From NCBI RefSeq assembly GCF_000315625.1, contig NW_005434615.1, positions 192,852-256,851 of the forward strand: a DNA stretch of 64,000 nt. The letters run 5' to 3'. The position numbers and the translations under genes were made by a program. Shown here one piece after another: positions 1 to 12,755 of this stretch. Every line of letters begins with the position of its first letter. Position 1 is the stretch's first letter. Under the pieces are notes generated by a model that searched no databases, was not told where the DNA came from, and saw only the letters and a program-made list of their open reading frames with translations. This DNA is from Guillardia theta CCMP2712. Its lineage: Eukaryota; Protista; Cryptophyta.

Positions 1-2910
1 CTCCTTGCTGGATTCATCCTTGCCGTCGGTAGCTGACTTTACCTCAGGCTCCTGCCTAGTAGTTGAGGCCTCCGGGGTCTTGGAGTCTTCGACAGAAGGT
101 TTTGGGAGCTTCTCCTCTGCTGCTTTTTCCTCAGCTTGACTAGCAGACTTCATTTTTTCTTTCTCCGTGTCGTTCTCAGGGGCTGCTGCCTGTGCTTGCG
201 AGCTCTGGGAATTTCCGTCAACTGAAGCACTTGATTCGGTGCGGGATTGCGGGGGAGATTCCTTTGCCTGCTGGCATTCAGATTCAGTTCCATGGACACA
301 AGGTAAGAACACACAAAGACCTCTTGAGGCACACTCTTCTCTTCATCCTTTGCGTGTCTGGTGGTCTCAGAGGGAGCCTCCTTGGTTTTCTTTGGCGATG
401 CCTCCTTGCTTGGAGCTCGAGCAATTTCAGAGGAAGGCTCTGAAGATTTAGACTCTGGAACTTCGTGCTCCCCCTTACTCACTTCCTTTTCATGCTAAAG
501 ATCAAACAAAACTATCAGAAGACCAATCGCAGATGTAAGTCAAGAACAAAATCGAAATTACCTCTTGATTGTCAACAACCTCGTCATTGTTCTCTGCTTC
601 CGATAAATCCTCAGGAGACCAATCCGGTTCTTCTCCCATCACCTGATCACTTTGTGAATTGGATGTCAAAAACAATGAAATAGGAAGAAACCTCCACAAG
701 TTCCGAGTGTCTAGCCCGTTCCTCATACATCTTTGCTGCAGCACGCTTTTTCGCAGCTTCATCCTCAAGCTTCTGAGCCTCTAGGGCAGCCTGCTGAGCT
801 TGCTGCATGTAGTCGTTCTTGTCATATGCTTTCTCGATGCTGGCGTCACTGCCATGATCTGATGAACAATCACTGCCCTGAACCTTCTTTTGAGCAAATC
901 TCGATCTCCCCTGCGATTTCTTCAGATGAAAAAACATTGATCTTTTTCAAACTTACAACAGTTTTCCTTGTCGCATTCTCGTCCTTCTTTTTGAGTACAA
1001 CGTTTTTGAATTCTCTGTCAGCTTGCACAGAAGTATTGAGGTCTTTCGGCTTTGAGGTGGCTGTGTTTCCACCATTCATTTTCCTTTCCAGCCAGATCTC
1101 GTGCGGTGTCTTCTCTCTCACTACGTCCTCGAGCACCTTGCCCGCATATGGCTTGCTCTGCAGCTGCGAATCTATTTGCTGAACGTGTGAGGTGTGTACA
1201 GATTCATTTACATTTGCAACGCTCTCGTTGACTTGTTCCAAGGAATCATCATCTTCGTCTTTCACTCCAAGAAGGTCGTTGACAGATTCGACGATCTCCT
1301 CCTGCAAATTGTGCACAACCGTAGTGATCCAGCTCGAGATTGCACCACGATGAGTGCTGATATTGGCTTTGACAAAGGCAGGAACGTTCTTTCCAATCCA
1401 GCAGACGTATGTGCACTTGCTGCTGCTATCGTCCTCCTTAATGAGCATGTACATGCACTTGTCAAGCGCCCCATTCATCTCCTCTCTCACATAGCCTGCC
1501 AAACCATCCCGTCCACCATTTCCAGTCTCTATCAGGTGTAGAGTGTTTTTCTTGCCTTCCACGTATCCCAAAATCAACCAACTAAAAGTATCCTCTTCGA
1601 TCTGTTTCAAAGACAGCAGTATGAGTCGTTCTCAAGTTCCAGCTCATTTTGTCAAACTCACATTCGCTTCCCTGAGATCCAGGCACAGCTCTTTGAGGGC
1701 ATCTTCTTCCTCAAATTCCACTTCAATATTTGCCTGAGAAGTTTGGCAAGTTAGGCATCTTGGAGATAACCATGGCTTGACTGCCACCTTTTGGTACATG
1801 GTGTGTGATAACGTCTTGATTGGAGCCTTCTTTGGTACATTCACGTCTGATCCCTATAGACACTCTCAGATACAAGATCGATAACATCGCAGCAAACGAA
1901 AATTACACAGCAAATGACTCACCTTCAACATACTGCCAGTGGCACTCGTGACTGTCACATTGTTGATACTCTTCGCAGCTTTGACTGTGTTTCCCCTCCA
2001 CGTCTCGCGTTGCCTTTGATCCTGCAAAAACATTGAGATGGAGATATCAATGATGATTTAGATGACCTTTTTGCGCTTTTCTGCCTCATTAAGCTTAAGA
2101 GCTGCCTCCTGGTCGTTGAGTACCTTCCCCAACGTAGCGACATAATATCCGAGCTCCTCTTCTATCTTGTCCTGAAGTCAAAGTCAGGAACAGCGCGAAT
2201 GGAAGTTAAATCATCAAGTCAGATAGGAAAGCAATAGACTAGCATCAATTGGGAAGGGCAACATATTCACAAGGCAAATATCAAGATGCTTGGCTCGAAC
2301 CTCGGTGAGATCATCCAAACTAGATGCCACGATGTTCAATGTGAGAGACCCTAAAACATCAATCAGATCATTCAGATTCAACACAACACAAAAAACCAAG
2401 GTAGTTTGTAATGAAGCTCCGATGGATAGAAGCTTTAGCTTTGAATTGGATTGGCGCATCGTCGGGCAACCACTGAATGAAAGCATATGCCTTCTCCCCA
2501 ACCTGAGGAGAATTTTTGAAGTAAGCCACCAACATCACTTCACTATCCAGGCTGCTAGATTCTCTCTATCTATCCAACACTCCCTCCCCAAACCCTCTAA
2601 CATGAACCCTTCCATGCATTCACAACAGCACATGCATTGGCGTGCCACATAACGTGCCTGGGCGAAGAGATACAGAACGTGCTTAGGTTCAAACAACTGC
2701 ATGGCATCCTTCAGATCGGACTCGCCAGCCTCGACGATTGAGATCTTTTTCAACTCATCCGATCCATAACCGAAGAGGACCCTGTGCAGCGATTCAGATG
2801 GAGGCGATGTACATGCGAACATACCATTTCAGCTCACAGTCAGGATCTCGAACGTCTGCAATGACTTCTCGAGCATCATCTACGTCCTCCCAGGATACCT
2901 CGCCAGTCAT
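1..2910 (-). CDS. Multi-exon actin-binding protein with two coactosin/ADF-H-like domains and a charged low-complexity C-terminus (3' end runs off the window)
   Basis: ATG at 2910 gives MTGEVSWEDVDDAREVIADVRD. Exons read RVLFGYGSDELKKISIVEAG...YAFIQWLPDDAPIQFKAKASIHRSFI, and a second copy FSWLILGYVEGKKNTLHLIETGNGG...KCTYVCWIGKNVPAFVKANISTHRGAI. Both match the coactosin-type ADF-H pattern. Confidence 0.75.
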
Positions 2911-4212
2911 GATAGCAAAGTACACGAGAGCTTGCTCAGAAGTTTCAAATCGCCAGAATCTGACAAAATGAAAGCAGAGTCAATATCTGACTGATTAGAT
3001 CAGGCTCAGAAACAGTGCAACGTCCTCGGTTCACATAGACTGTTGGGAAAGGATCATTCTCACAAGAAAACTTGATGACAAGCACCATACAAATAGCATA
3101 CGAAGAAGGGGACGGGGGGACTTAGGAAATTTGTGATATGATCAATGAGTTATGATCGTAGCATGTGAAAAACACTTTGGGGAGTAGCATGCAAGATTCA
3201 TTGAGTGAGAAAGGGGGATCAGTAACCATGAATACACGTTCAGGTGAGAGATAGATGATTCGTAGGCCCGCAAGCTTGTAACGTGACAAGGATGAAAATG
3301 TTCGTTTGGCAGCCCAAGAGGCCAGGGAACAAGAGATTGCATTTATCTCTGAATCATGGATGGGAGCAGAAAACACAGAAACTATAGAGAGCATCATCGG
3401 GAGGAAGAGGAAAGACGGTAAACACGTGGAGAGTAGAGGAGCGCTAGATCAGCATGGAGGTTGGTAGAGAACGGACATCAGCCGCCGCGCTCTTTGAAAT
3501 TTCCATAAATTGAAATCTTTTCAGGGGGTGTCTGTGCCACAAAGTTCAAATTAATACCCCAAATATTGACTGGATACACTCATTTTGAATTAACAAGAAC
3601 TGAAATATTTACAGAAGTCTTACAAATTTGGTGAGTTTTTAACCCCCCTTGCTATTTGAGGATCAACTAACGTAGGCCTTCAACAAAGCTTGTCTAGTAG
3701 TCAAGAAAGGGACGAGAGGGTGGGGGCAGAGGTTTAGACAGGTAGGGGTAGTATTACAGGGGTACTCGTGGAAGCTACATCTAAAATGCGTGGAAGGTGG
3801 GGGTATTCACAGGACTCAAGAGGGGTGATATGAAATAAGGGTACTTGTATAGGACGGGGTGATTGGGCACGAGGGGTAGTTTGCAACAACATTCAATTTT
3901 TAAAAGGTTACGACAATTTAAAAAGTATTTTTATTTATTCCAATACCCTTTATATATGTTTTACAAAGAGTGCCAGAGCCCTATGATTGTCTCCATTTAG
4001 GATTATATTTGTACCGAAATATTTATAAATTGTGTATCAATTGTATATTAACTGAATGTCTTCAACAAAGTTTAATATGGCTACTGTGACGAAGTTCAGT
4101 GAAGGAGCGGGCCCGAGGCCCCGGGCCCGGGTAGCATTGCTGTCTTTTCATTACCCTATTTAAACTTCCTGAGGCGGATCTGAATTTTAGTTTCGCATTC
4201 GGCTTTGGAGAC

Positions 4213-7200
4213 ATGGTGAGGCAGGTTCACAGGGCGGGATGAAAGGAAGGGCGATGATCATGATAGAGAGTAAGAGAGACAAGAGCTTGCTGGATCGAGG
4301 TTGAAGAGATATGCTCCTGCTTCTGTTGCTGGTGGCAGCGTCGCATCAGGTGAGCACGTTGTCTTGGCTTCTTGTCCGTTCTTTTTCCCATCGGAAGAAC
4401 ACCACCAGCTGTTGAGCATGTTGAAGCTGACAACCGATCAGGTCCTCCTTGTTGGCGCTACGAAATGCTTCTCTCCTCAACTTGAGCGCAATCTCTCTTT
4501 TTTCGCCGGCGAGGTTGCCTTTCATTGAACCTTGTCACTCGCCAACGATGATGACCGCAGTGTTCGGCAAATGGAACTCGAAGAGTGGTGGGAACCATTC
4601 TTCCTGGTAGCTATACGTGCAAAGGGCCCAGTGGCTCTGCCTTGTCGGTAACGAGTGGGATCGTGAGATATGAAACCAAACTTATTCTCGAGGCTGAACC
4701 GACTGTTACAGCAAAGCGATGAACTTTGCAGCGTGAGCTGCAAAGCAGGCCAGTTCCTGAGCTTAGGTGGAGCAGGAGAAGGTTCTCCAGCCATGCGCTG
4801 TGTTGATATGTGTCATCTTTGATGCTCCTCCACGCAGACCCGCCCCGAGCTCAGTGCAAGAATTGCCCACAGAACACCTTCAGCGTCGGAGGAGGAAGAA
4901 CCATCTCAATGTGAGTTGAGGGCGATGACGCGTCTGTGAGGCCGTTGCTGATCTCTGAGCAGATGGAGCACAAGGCTGCTGCAGGGTGACGTTGGAGGGA
5001 TGAACCTCCCGTCGGAGGAGAGCCCGTTCCACTCCTTGTGCTATGGGTTCAACTCGACGAGCTTTGAGCAGAGCGGCGACATTGGTCAAGCATGGCAGGA
5101 GGGATACAAGTGTGACAGCATGCTAGTTTGGCTCGTGGAGGTGACCAGAGCGCTCAGGTGCGAATCGTGGAAGCCAACAGGGGACGGGAAAACTTCGTCA
5201 GGGAACAATCGACAGATTTCGAAGGTTGGGTGGTTAGGTGGCACTCCCGTTCGTTGATGTGATGAAATGAAGGTGAGGAGCGAGCTCCATATGAAGCTTC
5301 GATTCATCACCAAGGGGAAGATATGGTAGGAGCCTCCATGACGTGCGAGGGACGTCGCTGACTGCCGTTGCCAGGTTCACCTTCCGAGTGGATGCGGATG
5401 CTATGACAGAGGAGGAGGTCAGCTCTGTCCCTGAGAGATTTGTGAGGCTGAGCTCGCGAGCAGCCTTGTCCTTGGCTAGAAGGAAGCACTGGGTTGGATG
5501 ACACGTGGGAATGCGAGGACGGGACCCTGGGCAACAGCAGCTTCGATTGCAACTTCCATGGAGGACGAGCGCGCTGCCCGAGCAATTTTCCAGAGATGTG
5601 CGCACAGGTTTCGTTCCTCCTCCTCCTCGCTCCTCTCGTGCTTGACCCTCCAACGTGCTGCAGCCGAACTTGTGTGCTGGAGGACTGGCCTACTGCTGCA
5701 GCATCGACTGCAGTACGTTCGGCGGGCCTCGGCTCTGCCCGGGCTCGGGTGGGCTTCAGGTGTTGTGATGGGGGAGTGGACGATGGGACGTGAAGTAGCT
5801 GTCAAGGTTCTGCTGTGCAAGGACGATCGTGTCAGGAAGTGCAGACCCATTCCTCTGCGACCGCTCCCCTTCCAGTCCAGATTTTACGTCTCTTCTGAGA
5901 TGCAGGTCTGTCTAGTTCAGGAGGGAGGCGGAACGTGTTGCTGATGCTGTTGTCCTGCAGTGGCGGTGGGTCGAGTTTGACGTTCCTGCCGGGTATTTGC
6001 TCTAGCTGCGTGAGAGGAGTTGAAGGCTGATGGGTGGGGGAAGGTGGGTGGAAGTGGTCTTCAACTACATCCGTGATGGCGCTGTTGCGGGGCAAGACGA
6101 GGCCATGATCGGTGCTGAGTTCTGTCTTGCCTCCTCCTGTTGAGCCTGCTGCAGGCGAACTGGGATGGGTGGGAACGAAAATGGCGGACTTGGAATGTTC
6201 CGCCTGCCCAGTAGGAAAGCAGAGTGTCGAGGGAGCGTCGAGATGCTCGTCATGCGGGAGAGGTGAAGTTTTCGCTCCTTGCTGTTTCTCTGACGTTCCC
6301 CTAGACGAGATCTTTGACAAGGACAGTGCATCCTGCCAGCCTTGTGCCTCCAACTTCTACGCCTTCCCAGGCTTCGACAAGTGTCTCCTGCGCCCCACCT
6401 GCTCCATGACGGTCTGCCATTGGGTCGGCGGGAGGCCTCTGACCGCAATGTCAGGACTACGTGGCGAAGTTCTCAGAGTGTGATGAAGGAGGCAAGCGGA
6501 ACAAGTGGTTCGAGTGGCTGGAACCCAAGATCTGTGAGGGAGGAGTGAGTAGAGGAGGAGAGCCTTGCGATCAGCCCCTGAATCCTCCCCCAGGTTCATC
6601 TTCCTCCTGCCCACAACGGGGTCAGCTGTCCTCCCTGTGCAAGTGGAAAGGTGAGGAGAGGAAGTAACGGCGAGTTTTCCTTACTCGCTCCTCCTCGCAG
6701 TACCGCGACGGAAAGATCTGCAAGGATTGTCCTCCCGGCCACTACAGCGATCAGGACATGGTGAGCGATATTGGAGGTCAGAATGGGAGGTTGAGTCATG
6801 TGCAGCTGTGCAAGATGTGTCCTCCTGGACATTACGCTCCTCGAGAACGAGTAATCACTGAGTTCAGAGAGGTGGGAGGAGCCGCGGGTGTTGAGAAGAT
6901 GACTGTTGTGCAGGAGAACATGGAGGCGGGTCTGTCGACAGGATGTGTTGGTTTGTGCGGGTCGAAGGTGAGAAAAGCGTTGGAGATAGGTAGAGGAGTG
7001 GAAGGAAGCAGGATCAGGGGAGGGGAGGGAGGGGAGGAAGGGGAGGGAGCAAAATTGGAGAGGAGAGGAGAGGAGAGGAGAGGAGAGGAGAGGAGAGGAG
7101 GAGACTTTCGCATCTCAACAGTTAGTAGGGATGGCGCGGACGTGTAGACTTCATTGATTCTGGCTTTCACCACCTGGCTCCTGCTGAGGTCAGGAGATCA

Positions 7201-9541
7201 CTTGGGCAGGCTCAGTCTCTGACCAGTCCAGCAGTCTTGGCTGCAACTCGATCTCAACATGAGCGATGCGGGGTCAATAGAGTTTGTCTACGGGCTCAAG
7301 TGCAACCCCCTGCTCTCTTCGTTCGTGCTGACAGTGGACGGCAAGAGGCAAGTGCTTCAGGTTGTGCTCCTGCTGGGTAGTCGACGTTGTGGTCATATGT
7401 GACAGGCTACCTGCGCAAACGGAAGCACAACAGAACAAGGAAGGAGAGTGCGAGAAAAGGTTGCGATGATGATGAGGGGAAAGATTGCTGTTTGACACTC
7501 CTGTCCACTCCCTCCCTTCCTTCTCCTCGTCCTCTCCTGTTCACCCTTGACCCATTGCTCCTCCACCTCTGCAAATTCTGCTCCCTCTCCCGATCCTCCT
7601 TATCCTCTCCTCCTCCTCCTCTCCTCCTCCTCCTCCTGCTCCTCTTCTCCTCCTCCACATTCTCCCCTCCTCTCCTCTTCTCATCTCCTCTCATCTCCTC
7701 CTCCTCCTGCTCCTGCTCCTCCTCCTCCACTTCCCCTCCTCTGCTCTTCTCATCTCCTCTCCTCTTCTTCCTCCTCCTCTCCTTCGCCTCCAGTTTCCCA
7801 TCCGTGCAGGGGTTCACAAGGTTCGCTGGACGTTCCGACGGGTGTCGAGTCAACTTCCAGGATCGGGTAGACTGACCTGCAACTTGACCCTCCCTCCATG
7901 ACGAGGACGCGCAGGAGCGTCGGACTTCAACGGCTTCGACGATCAGGCTCAGATCTTTGAGATGGCTGTCACCAACACTGACACGTGAGTTTCTTCCATC
8001 GCAAGATGTGCCTACTCACCCTCCAACTGCAGCGGAGGAGCCTCCAAATGCCTTCCCTGTCCTCCTGGTCTCTTCAGCTCCCAACCCTCAGCTCGTTGTT
8101 CGCCGTGTGCTCCTGGCTTCACAGGTCAGAATTTTGCTCCTCCTGCTCCTGTGCTCAGCTGCTGTCAGGATCCTCCTCCGAAGCCTCCAGCACGTGCAAG
8201 GTAGAACCTTGTGCTGCTAGATCCAGCCCTCACCATGGAAAACTTTCACAGGCTTGTGAGGAGGGGAAGTTTGCGCCAGTGTCCGGCTCGCCTGCGTGCA
8301 GGTAACCTGCAGGAGATGTGAGGAGTTTGATGAGTCGCTAGGGTCTGCGGGGAAGGAACGAGGTCCGGGGAGGCGGCAGTGTCCTGCTCCTGCGTGTACA
8401 ACAGGACAGATTCCGGAGGAAACGCTCACCTGCTGTACAATACGTCGAGGATGAAGGGCAGGATCTTCGGACCTCTGCTCCTGCGCGGCAAGGTCGGACC
8501 TGCTCCTCCTCTTCTTGCCTGAGACAGCACAGGACATGATGGGGGCTCGCAGCCTCGTGCTCTTCCTCTCCTTCTGCTCCACTCTGCCACCCTTAGCAGG
8601 AGCGCAGGGGCCGAGCGCGGTGACCGTTGGGTTGAACTCGTCCTGGCAGCCGGAGGTGGGAGGAAAGGAGAAGGGGGCGGGTGGCTGAGAAAGCGCTGGC
8701 AGGGATGTGCTGGAGTTTTTGCTTGCATAGCAGAGTGGGACAGTGGGGTCCTTCCATCCAAGTCAGCCAGTGAGGACGACTTTTTGTCGTTAGGGAGTTC
8801 AGACGCTCTCGTTCTCAACGCTGGCTCGCAGCAGGTACCCTTGAACTCTCAACAGCCGCCGCTGATTTCTTGTCCTCCCTTCCCCTCCCTCCTGTTCCTG
8901 CAGGGCTTTTCGGACCTGCCCGACTTTCTCAGTCACAGGTTAGCCTCCTGCTCTCCTCCTTCTTCAGCGTGAGAGCATCTCAGGAAAATCGAGGACTCCG
9001 TCGACTCCGCTGGCATCCATTGGAGGAGCGGGGGAGGGTTCACGCTGACGCTGGGAGGAGGAGCCTCCTGTCCGATGAGTCAAGGGAAGAGGATCGAGAC
9101 TAGAGTCTACGCGCTCTGCCAGCTGCCCGAGCAGGGGACGGACGCGTCCAGGGTACCGGAAAAGATGCGCGTGATGAAAGAATGCGGCGACCGGCTCTGC
9201 GATGAAGTGGTGAAAGAGTAGTTTTCCCTTGCTCGCAATGACTGTGTGCTCAAGGCCGGTGCTTGCGTGTTGCATGTCATGTGGGAGACACACTTGGCTT
9301 GTCCTGTGTGCACGTTCGACAGCTACGCTAAGGTCTTGCGATGAGGAGGAGGAAGGGAGGAGTGAAGGATTGATGCAGGTAAGCACGCCTTGTATCAACG
9401 GGCGCCACGACGTCTCCTTCAAGATGGTGAAGGAATGTTTCGGAGGCTTTTCGATGCCTCAGGTGAAGGAGGAGGCGGCGGCGAAGAGCAGGAGCAGGAG
9501 CAGGAGAAGGAGCAGGAGAAGGAGCAGGAGCAGGAGAAGGA

Positions 9542-9585
<44 letters not shown>

Positions 9586-10010
9586 AGTGGATGATGATAT
9601 GAAGATGATCCTAGTTGGCAGGATCTCGTGAATGTACATTGCGAGATCGACTTCCGCAGTCTCTTCGGGTACTTCTGGCTGCTCCTGCCCCCAGTCGGCT
9701 CTGACTTGCTCCTTCCGCAGACCCGGCGACCTCGTCGCCCTCGGCATCCTCTGCCTCCTGACCCTCGTCATGTTTGGGATCTTCTTCGAAAGGTAGGAGA
9801 GCTTCCTATACCTTCCTGCTCCTCATCCACTCGGCAGGTACGTCATGTACAAGAAGTTGTACAGCCGATACAAGAGCCTTGAGCATCAGTCAGGTTCATT
9901 CCAGCCCCTCCTCCCTCCCTCCCTCCTTTCACCTCTCCTTTCTCCTTCCCTCAGCGGCTCCTGACTTTTTTCTGAAGGGGGAGATGCTCATTCGTCGCTT
10001 CCCGGCATGA
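4213..10010 (+). CDS. ELAPOR/KIAA1324 (UPF0577)-like Cys-rich type I membrane protein, many introns
   Basis: Hydrophobic leader MLLLLLLVAASHQ (~4311). Exons include CSVSCKAGQFLSL, QCKNCPQNTFSVGG, ECSACPVGKQS, CQPCASNFYAFPGFDKCLLRPTC, WFEWLEPKICEGG and CKMCPPGHYAP. C-terminal TM VALGILCLLTLVMFGIFFE is followed by YKKLYSRYKSL. Ends approximate. Confidence 0.7.
7057..7102 (+). repeat. (GGAGA)n microsatellite in intron
   Basis: Direct tandem GGAGA/GAGAG units. Confidence 0.85.
9488..9585 (+). repeat. (CAGGAG)n/(AAGGAG)n hexanucleotide microsatellite in intron
   Basis: Tandem gcaggagcaggag with agaagg variants. It explains the spurious RSRS/EQEQ/PAPA ORFs here. Confidence 0.9.
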
Positions 10011-10785
10011 TTCTTTAACCCACCACCCTTGATGCCCTCGTTGTCAATACACTACTATCGGATGATAAAATCTCCTTTGTTCTGCACTCAGAATCATATC
10101 ATACTTGAGAAGAGCCCCGGCAGTAGTCAGATGACTGTCAGGCGGCAGACTTGCCCGGCCCACACTGAAAGAATGGAACGGATATTCTGCTACTGCTGCA
10201 ACGACATTGGAAGAGACCCGGACAAAACTGACTTGAAGTTAGATTCTTAGTAGGCTGAGGGCACTCAGGACATGAGTAGAAGCAGAAAGTAGTGGGGCGG
10301 ATGAGGGTTGGTTCTCACTGTCTTTTCTCTTCTCGCCGTATGGCCTGCCAGGCTGTGCGACAGCGTCAGGGTCACTGAAGCCTCCGAGCCTCTACAAGGT
10401 TACTCCCTGTGACTCATCAAGTTTATTTAACTTTGCAAGGGGCGAGGCGGGCCCAAAGTTCGGAGGTGAAAGTTCTGCCGGGGGCCGTTACTCTCCGAGC
10501 AGTCGCATCATGCCGAAGGCGTGAAGGGAGAGACGAGAGGAGAGAGGAGAAGAAGAGAGAGTCGAAGAGACAAGCGAAGGATCAGCTTTGAGAAGAGACT
10601 TGCTTGTACCTTTAGTGCCTCTTGCTCTCAAAACTCAACCTGGACTTCTTCATCCTCCTCGATTCACCTTTGGTCTCACTTCAAAGGTACAATACTTGTG
10701 CCGCTATTGATTGCTCAGTCTCGTCATCAAGAAATCAGCATCTTCCTCATCGTCGCTTCCTTGAAATAGTTTCAGTCGATCGAGG

Positions 10786-11398
10786 ATGGTATCATCGTTT
10801 CCAAGATGGATACTGGTTCTGATCATTGTCGTCGTTTTCCAAACGCAAACTTCCAACACCTTCCTTCATGTCATAACGCCGCTGAAAGTTGCATTTCAAC
10901 ATGTTGTTTGCCGTCATTCCTTCAAACCACCACGATCATCTTCAACATCCCTTGGTATGGGGTCATTTGATGCGACAGGGAGACGATCATTGTTTGCTTT
11001 GGATCATTTTCGCGCTGAAATATTCCAAAGGTATGATGTGAAAACTTGAGGATTTTTTTCTGAAATTCTTGCAGTTTCAAGGCGATTCTAGTTACAAAGA
11101 TTGCAGAGAAGGTCTTGGATGTTGTATCGGTCCATATTGTCAACATACTCTCTTCTCTGTTCGCTTCGGTGGCCAAGGCGCTAAAATTCTTGAAGAAAAA
11201 TCGCCAGGAGGAAGATCGATCAGAGCAGTTCGGCGGGATGGAGATGTGCAGGAGGGGAGGGAATATCATGATGGTGAAGATGCAGCTTCGCTCGTCGCCA
11301 CCAGCAATCCATCTTCTCGCTCCGTTGACGGCTGAGTGAATCAGAATGAAGTACCAAGTTGCGACTGCTTCGCAAGAGGACTGTGGAAGAGACAATAG
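10786..11398 (+). CDS. Hypothetical protein with putative bipartite (signal peptide + Phe-initiated transit peptide) plastid presequence
   Basis: MVSSFPRWILVLIIVVVFQTQTSNTF-LHVITPLK...PPRSSSTSL. GT-AG intron 11031-11074 restores the frame to SFKAILVTKIAEKVLDVVSVHIVNILSSLFASVAKALKFLKK. A second intron leads to NEVPSCDCFARGLWKRQ* (TAG 11396-11398). Confidence 0.55.
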
Positions 11399-11698
11399 AA
11401 CACTATGACTGTTGCTCAGCCATCATGGTATACGGATAAGAGTTTGTTTTTATATTAAAGAAAAGGAATGTGCAAAGAAAATTAGCATATCCGTCATCAG
11501 CATACAAACTTGGATGTCTTTCAGATTGGCCAACACAACACAATGGCACAACCGATCAAATTGTCTTGTGTTTCCCTGATCATCGACCAACTCGGCGAGG
11601 AAAGTAAGAAATTTGTCTCATCCCTTCCTGTAAGAAATTGCGTTGCATTCGAAAGACGGAAAACTGCCAGGGGGAGCGAGTGAAACCTTCAGGAGTCA

Positions 11699-12755
11699 TC
11701 ACTCGTCCAGAGGCCTCCTCTGAGAAGTTCCGAACGAAAAACTCGGCAGCGAACGATGATCTGTCGTCGGTTGTACTCCGACGGAGGAAGGGATGGGGTA
11801 TGCGCCAGGCCCCGGATACTCTGAGTTGGCAAAGAAGTTCGTCTTGGGTCTCGAGGCTCCGAAGGTGATGGAGGGGCCTCGCCGTAGGTTCAACGACGTT
11901 CGTGGCCCTGTCGTCTGTCCTAACTTGTACTGCCCTGGTCCAGGAATCTTGGACGCACTCATGGATGGTCCGATCCTCTGCGCTGAAGTACCGAAGGAGA
12001 AGGCCGGGGGACGCTTGTTCTTCCAGCTGAAGTTGTCGTACTCCCCCGGACCAGGAGTGTTCACGATCTCGTGGTCCTTGGAAGAGTTCATCCCAGGTTT
12101 CTCCGACAGGCTCATGGAGTTGGTCGTCCCGTTCAGGCTCTCCATCGTACTCCTGTCGAGCCTCTTCGGTACCGGGGCGTCCCCTGGAAGCCTTGAGGAG
12201 GTACCGAAGCCGAAGGAGGGAGCAGTCTTGTAGGGAGGAGGCTTCTGAGGCCCGACGGCACTTCCCAGGTCGTACTCACCCGGACCAGGTGCACGTCCTG
12301 AATGTGAAAAGGTCAGTGCGAGCTGTTGTAGGTAACGAAAGGGCTGGTGTTGGCATGGAACGAGGGGGAGACAACTGGAGGGAGGGGTGAGGGGATGATA
12401 GCAGGGAGGAGATAGTGAGATCAAGCAAGGGAACCTTTTTCTGAAAGATAGGCAAACGACTAGTGGAGGGAGAAGAGGGGGAACGAGAGGAGACTTTCAA
12501 CTCACGTGGACCCTTCATGCCGGAAGGATCTGGCCTGTCGCTCGTCCCAAAGCCAAAAGACGGTCCGCTCTTTACTGTGAAATCTTTGTTCCTTCCTACA
12601 GTCGTCTTGAGCATGTAGATAGGACCAGGAGAGATCCCCTTGAAGTTCGGCGATGGCCGTTTCATGGTGCCGAACGAGATCGAAGGGGACTCCACGCATA
12701 CTGTTGACTTGATGTTGTACGCTGCTGGCCCAGGGGATCGCTGCATGCGCGTCAT
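11699..12755 (-). CDS. ODF3/SHIPPO-1-like sperm-tail PG-rich repeat protein (ciliary microtubule-associated)
   Basis: Repeated PGP(G/A)xY motifs followed by P(S/A)F(S/G)FGT: SPGPAAY, SPGPIY, APGPGEY, TPGPGEY, IPGPGQY, YPGPGAY. At least one intron (~12300-12500). The 5' end may extend further. Confidence 0.85.

Noticed and set aside
7387-7875. ORFs rich in Leu/Ser or Glu/Arg
   Set aside because: Translations of an intronic CT-rich low-complexity tract inside the ELAPOR-like gene.
9229-9771. SR-like (RSRSRS), EQEQ and PAPA ORFs
   Set aside because: All frames of the intronic (CAGGAG)n microsatellite; not an SR protein.
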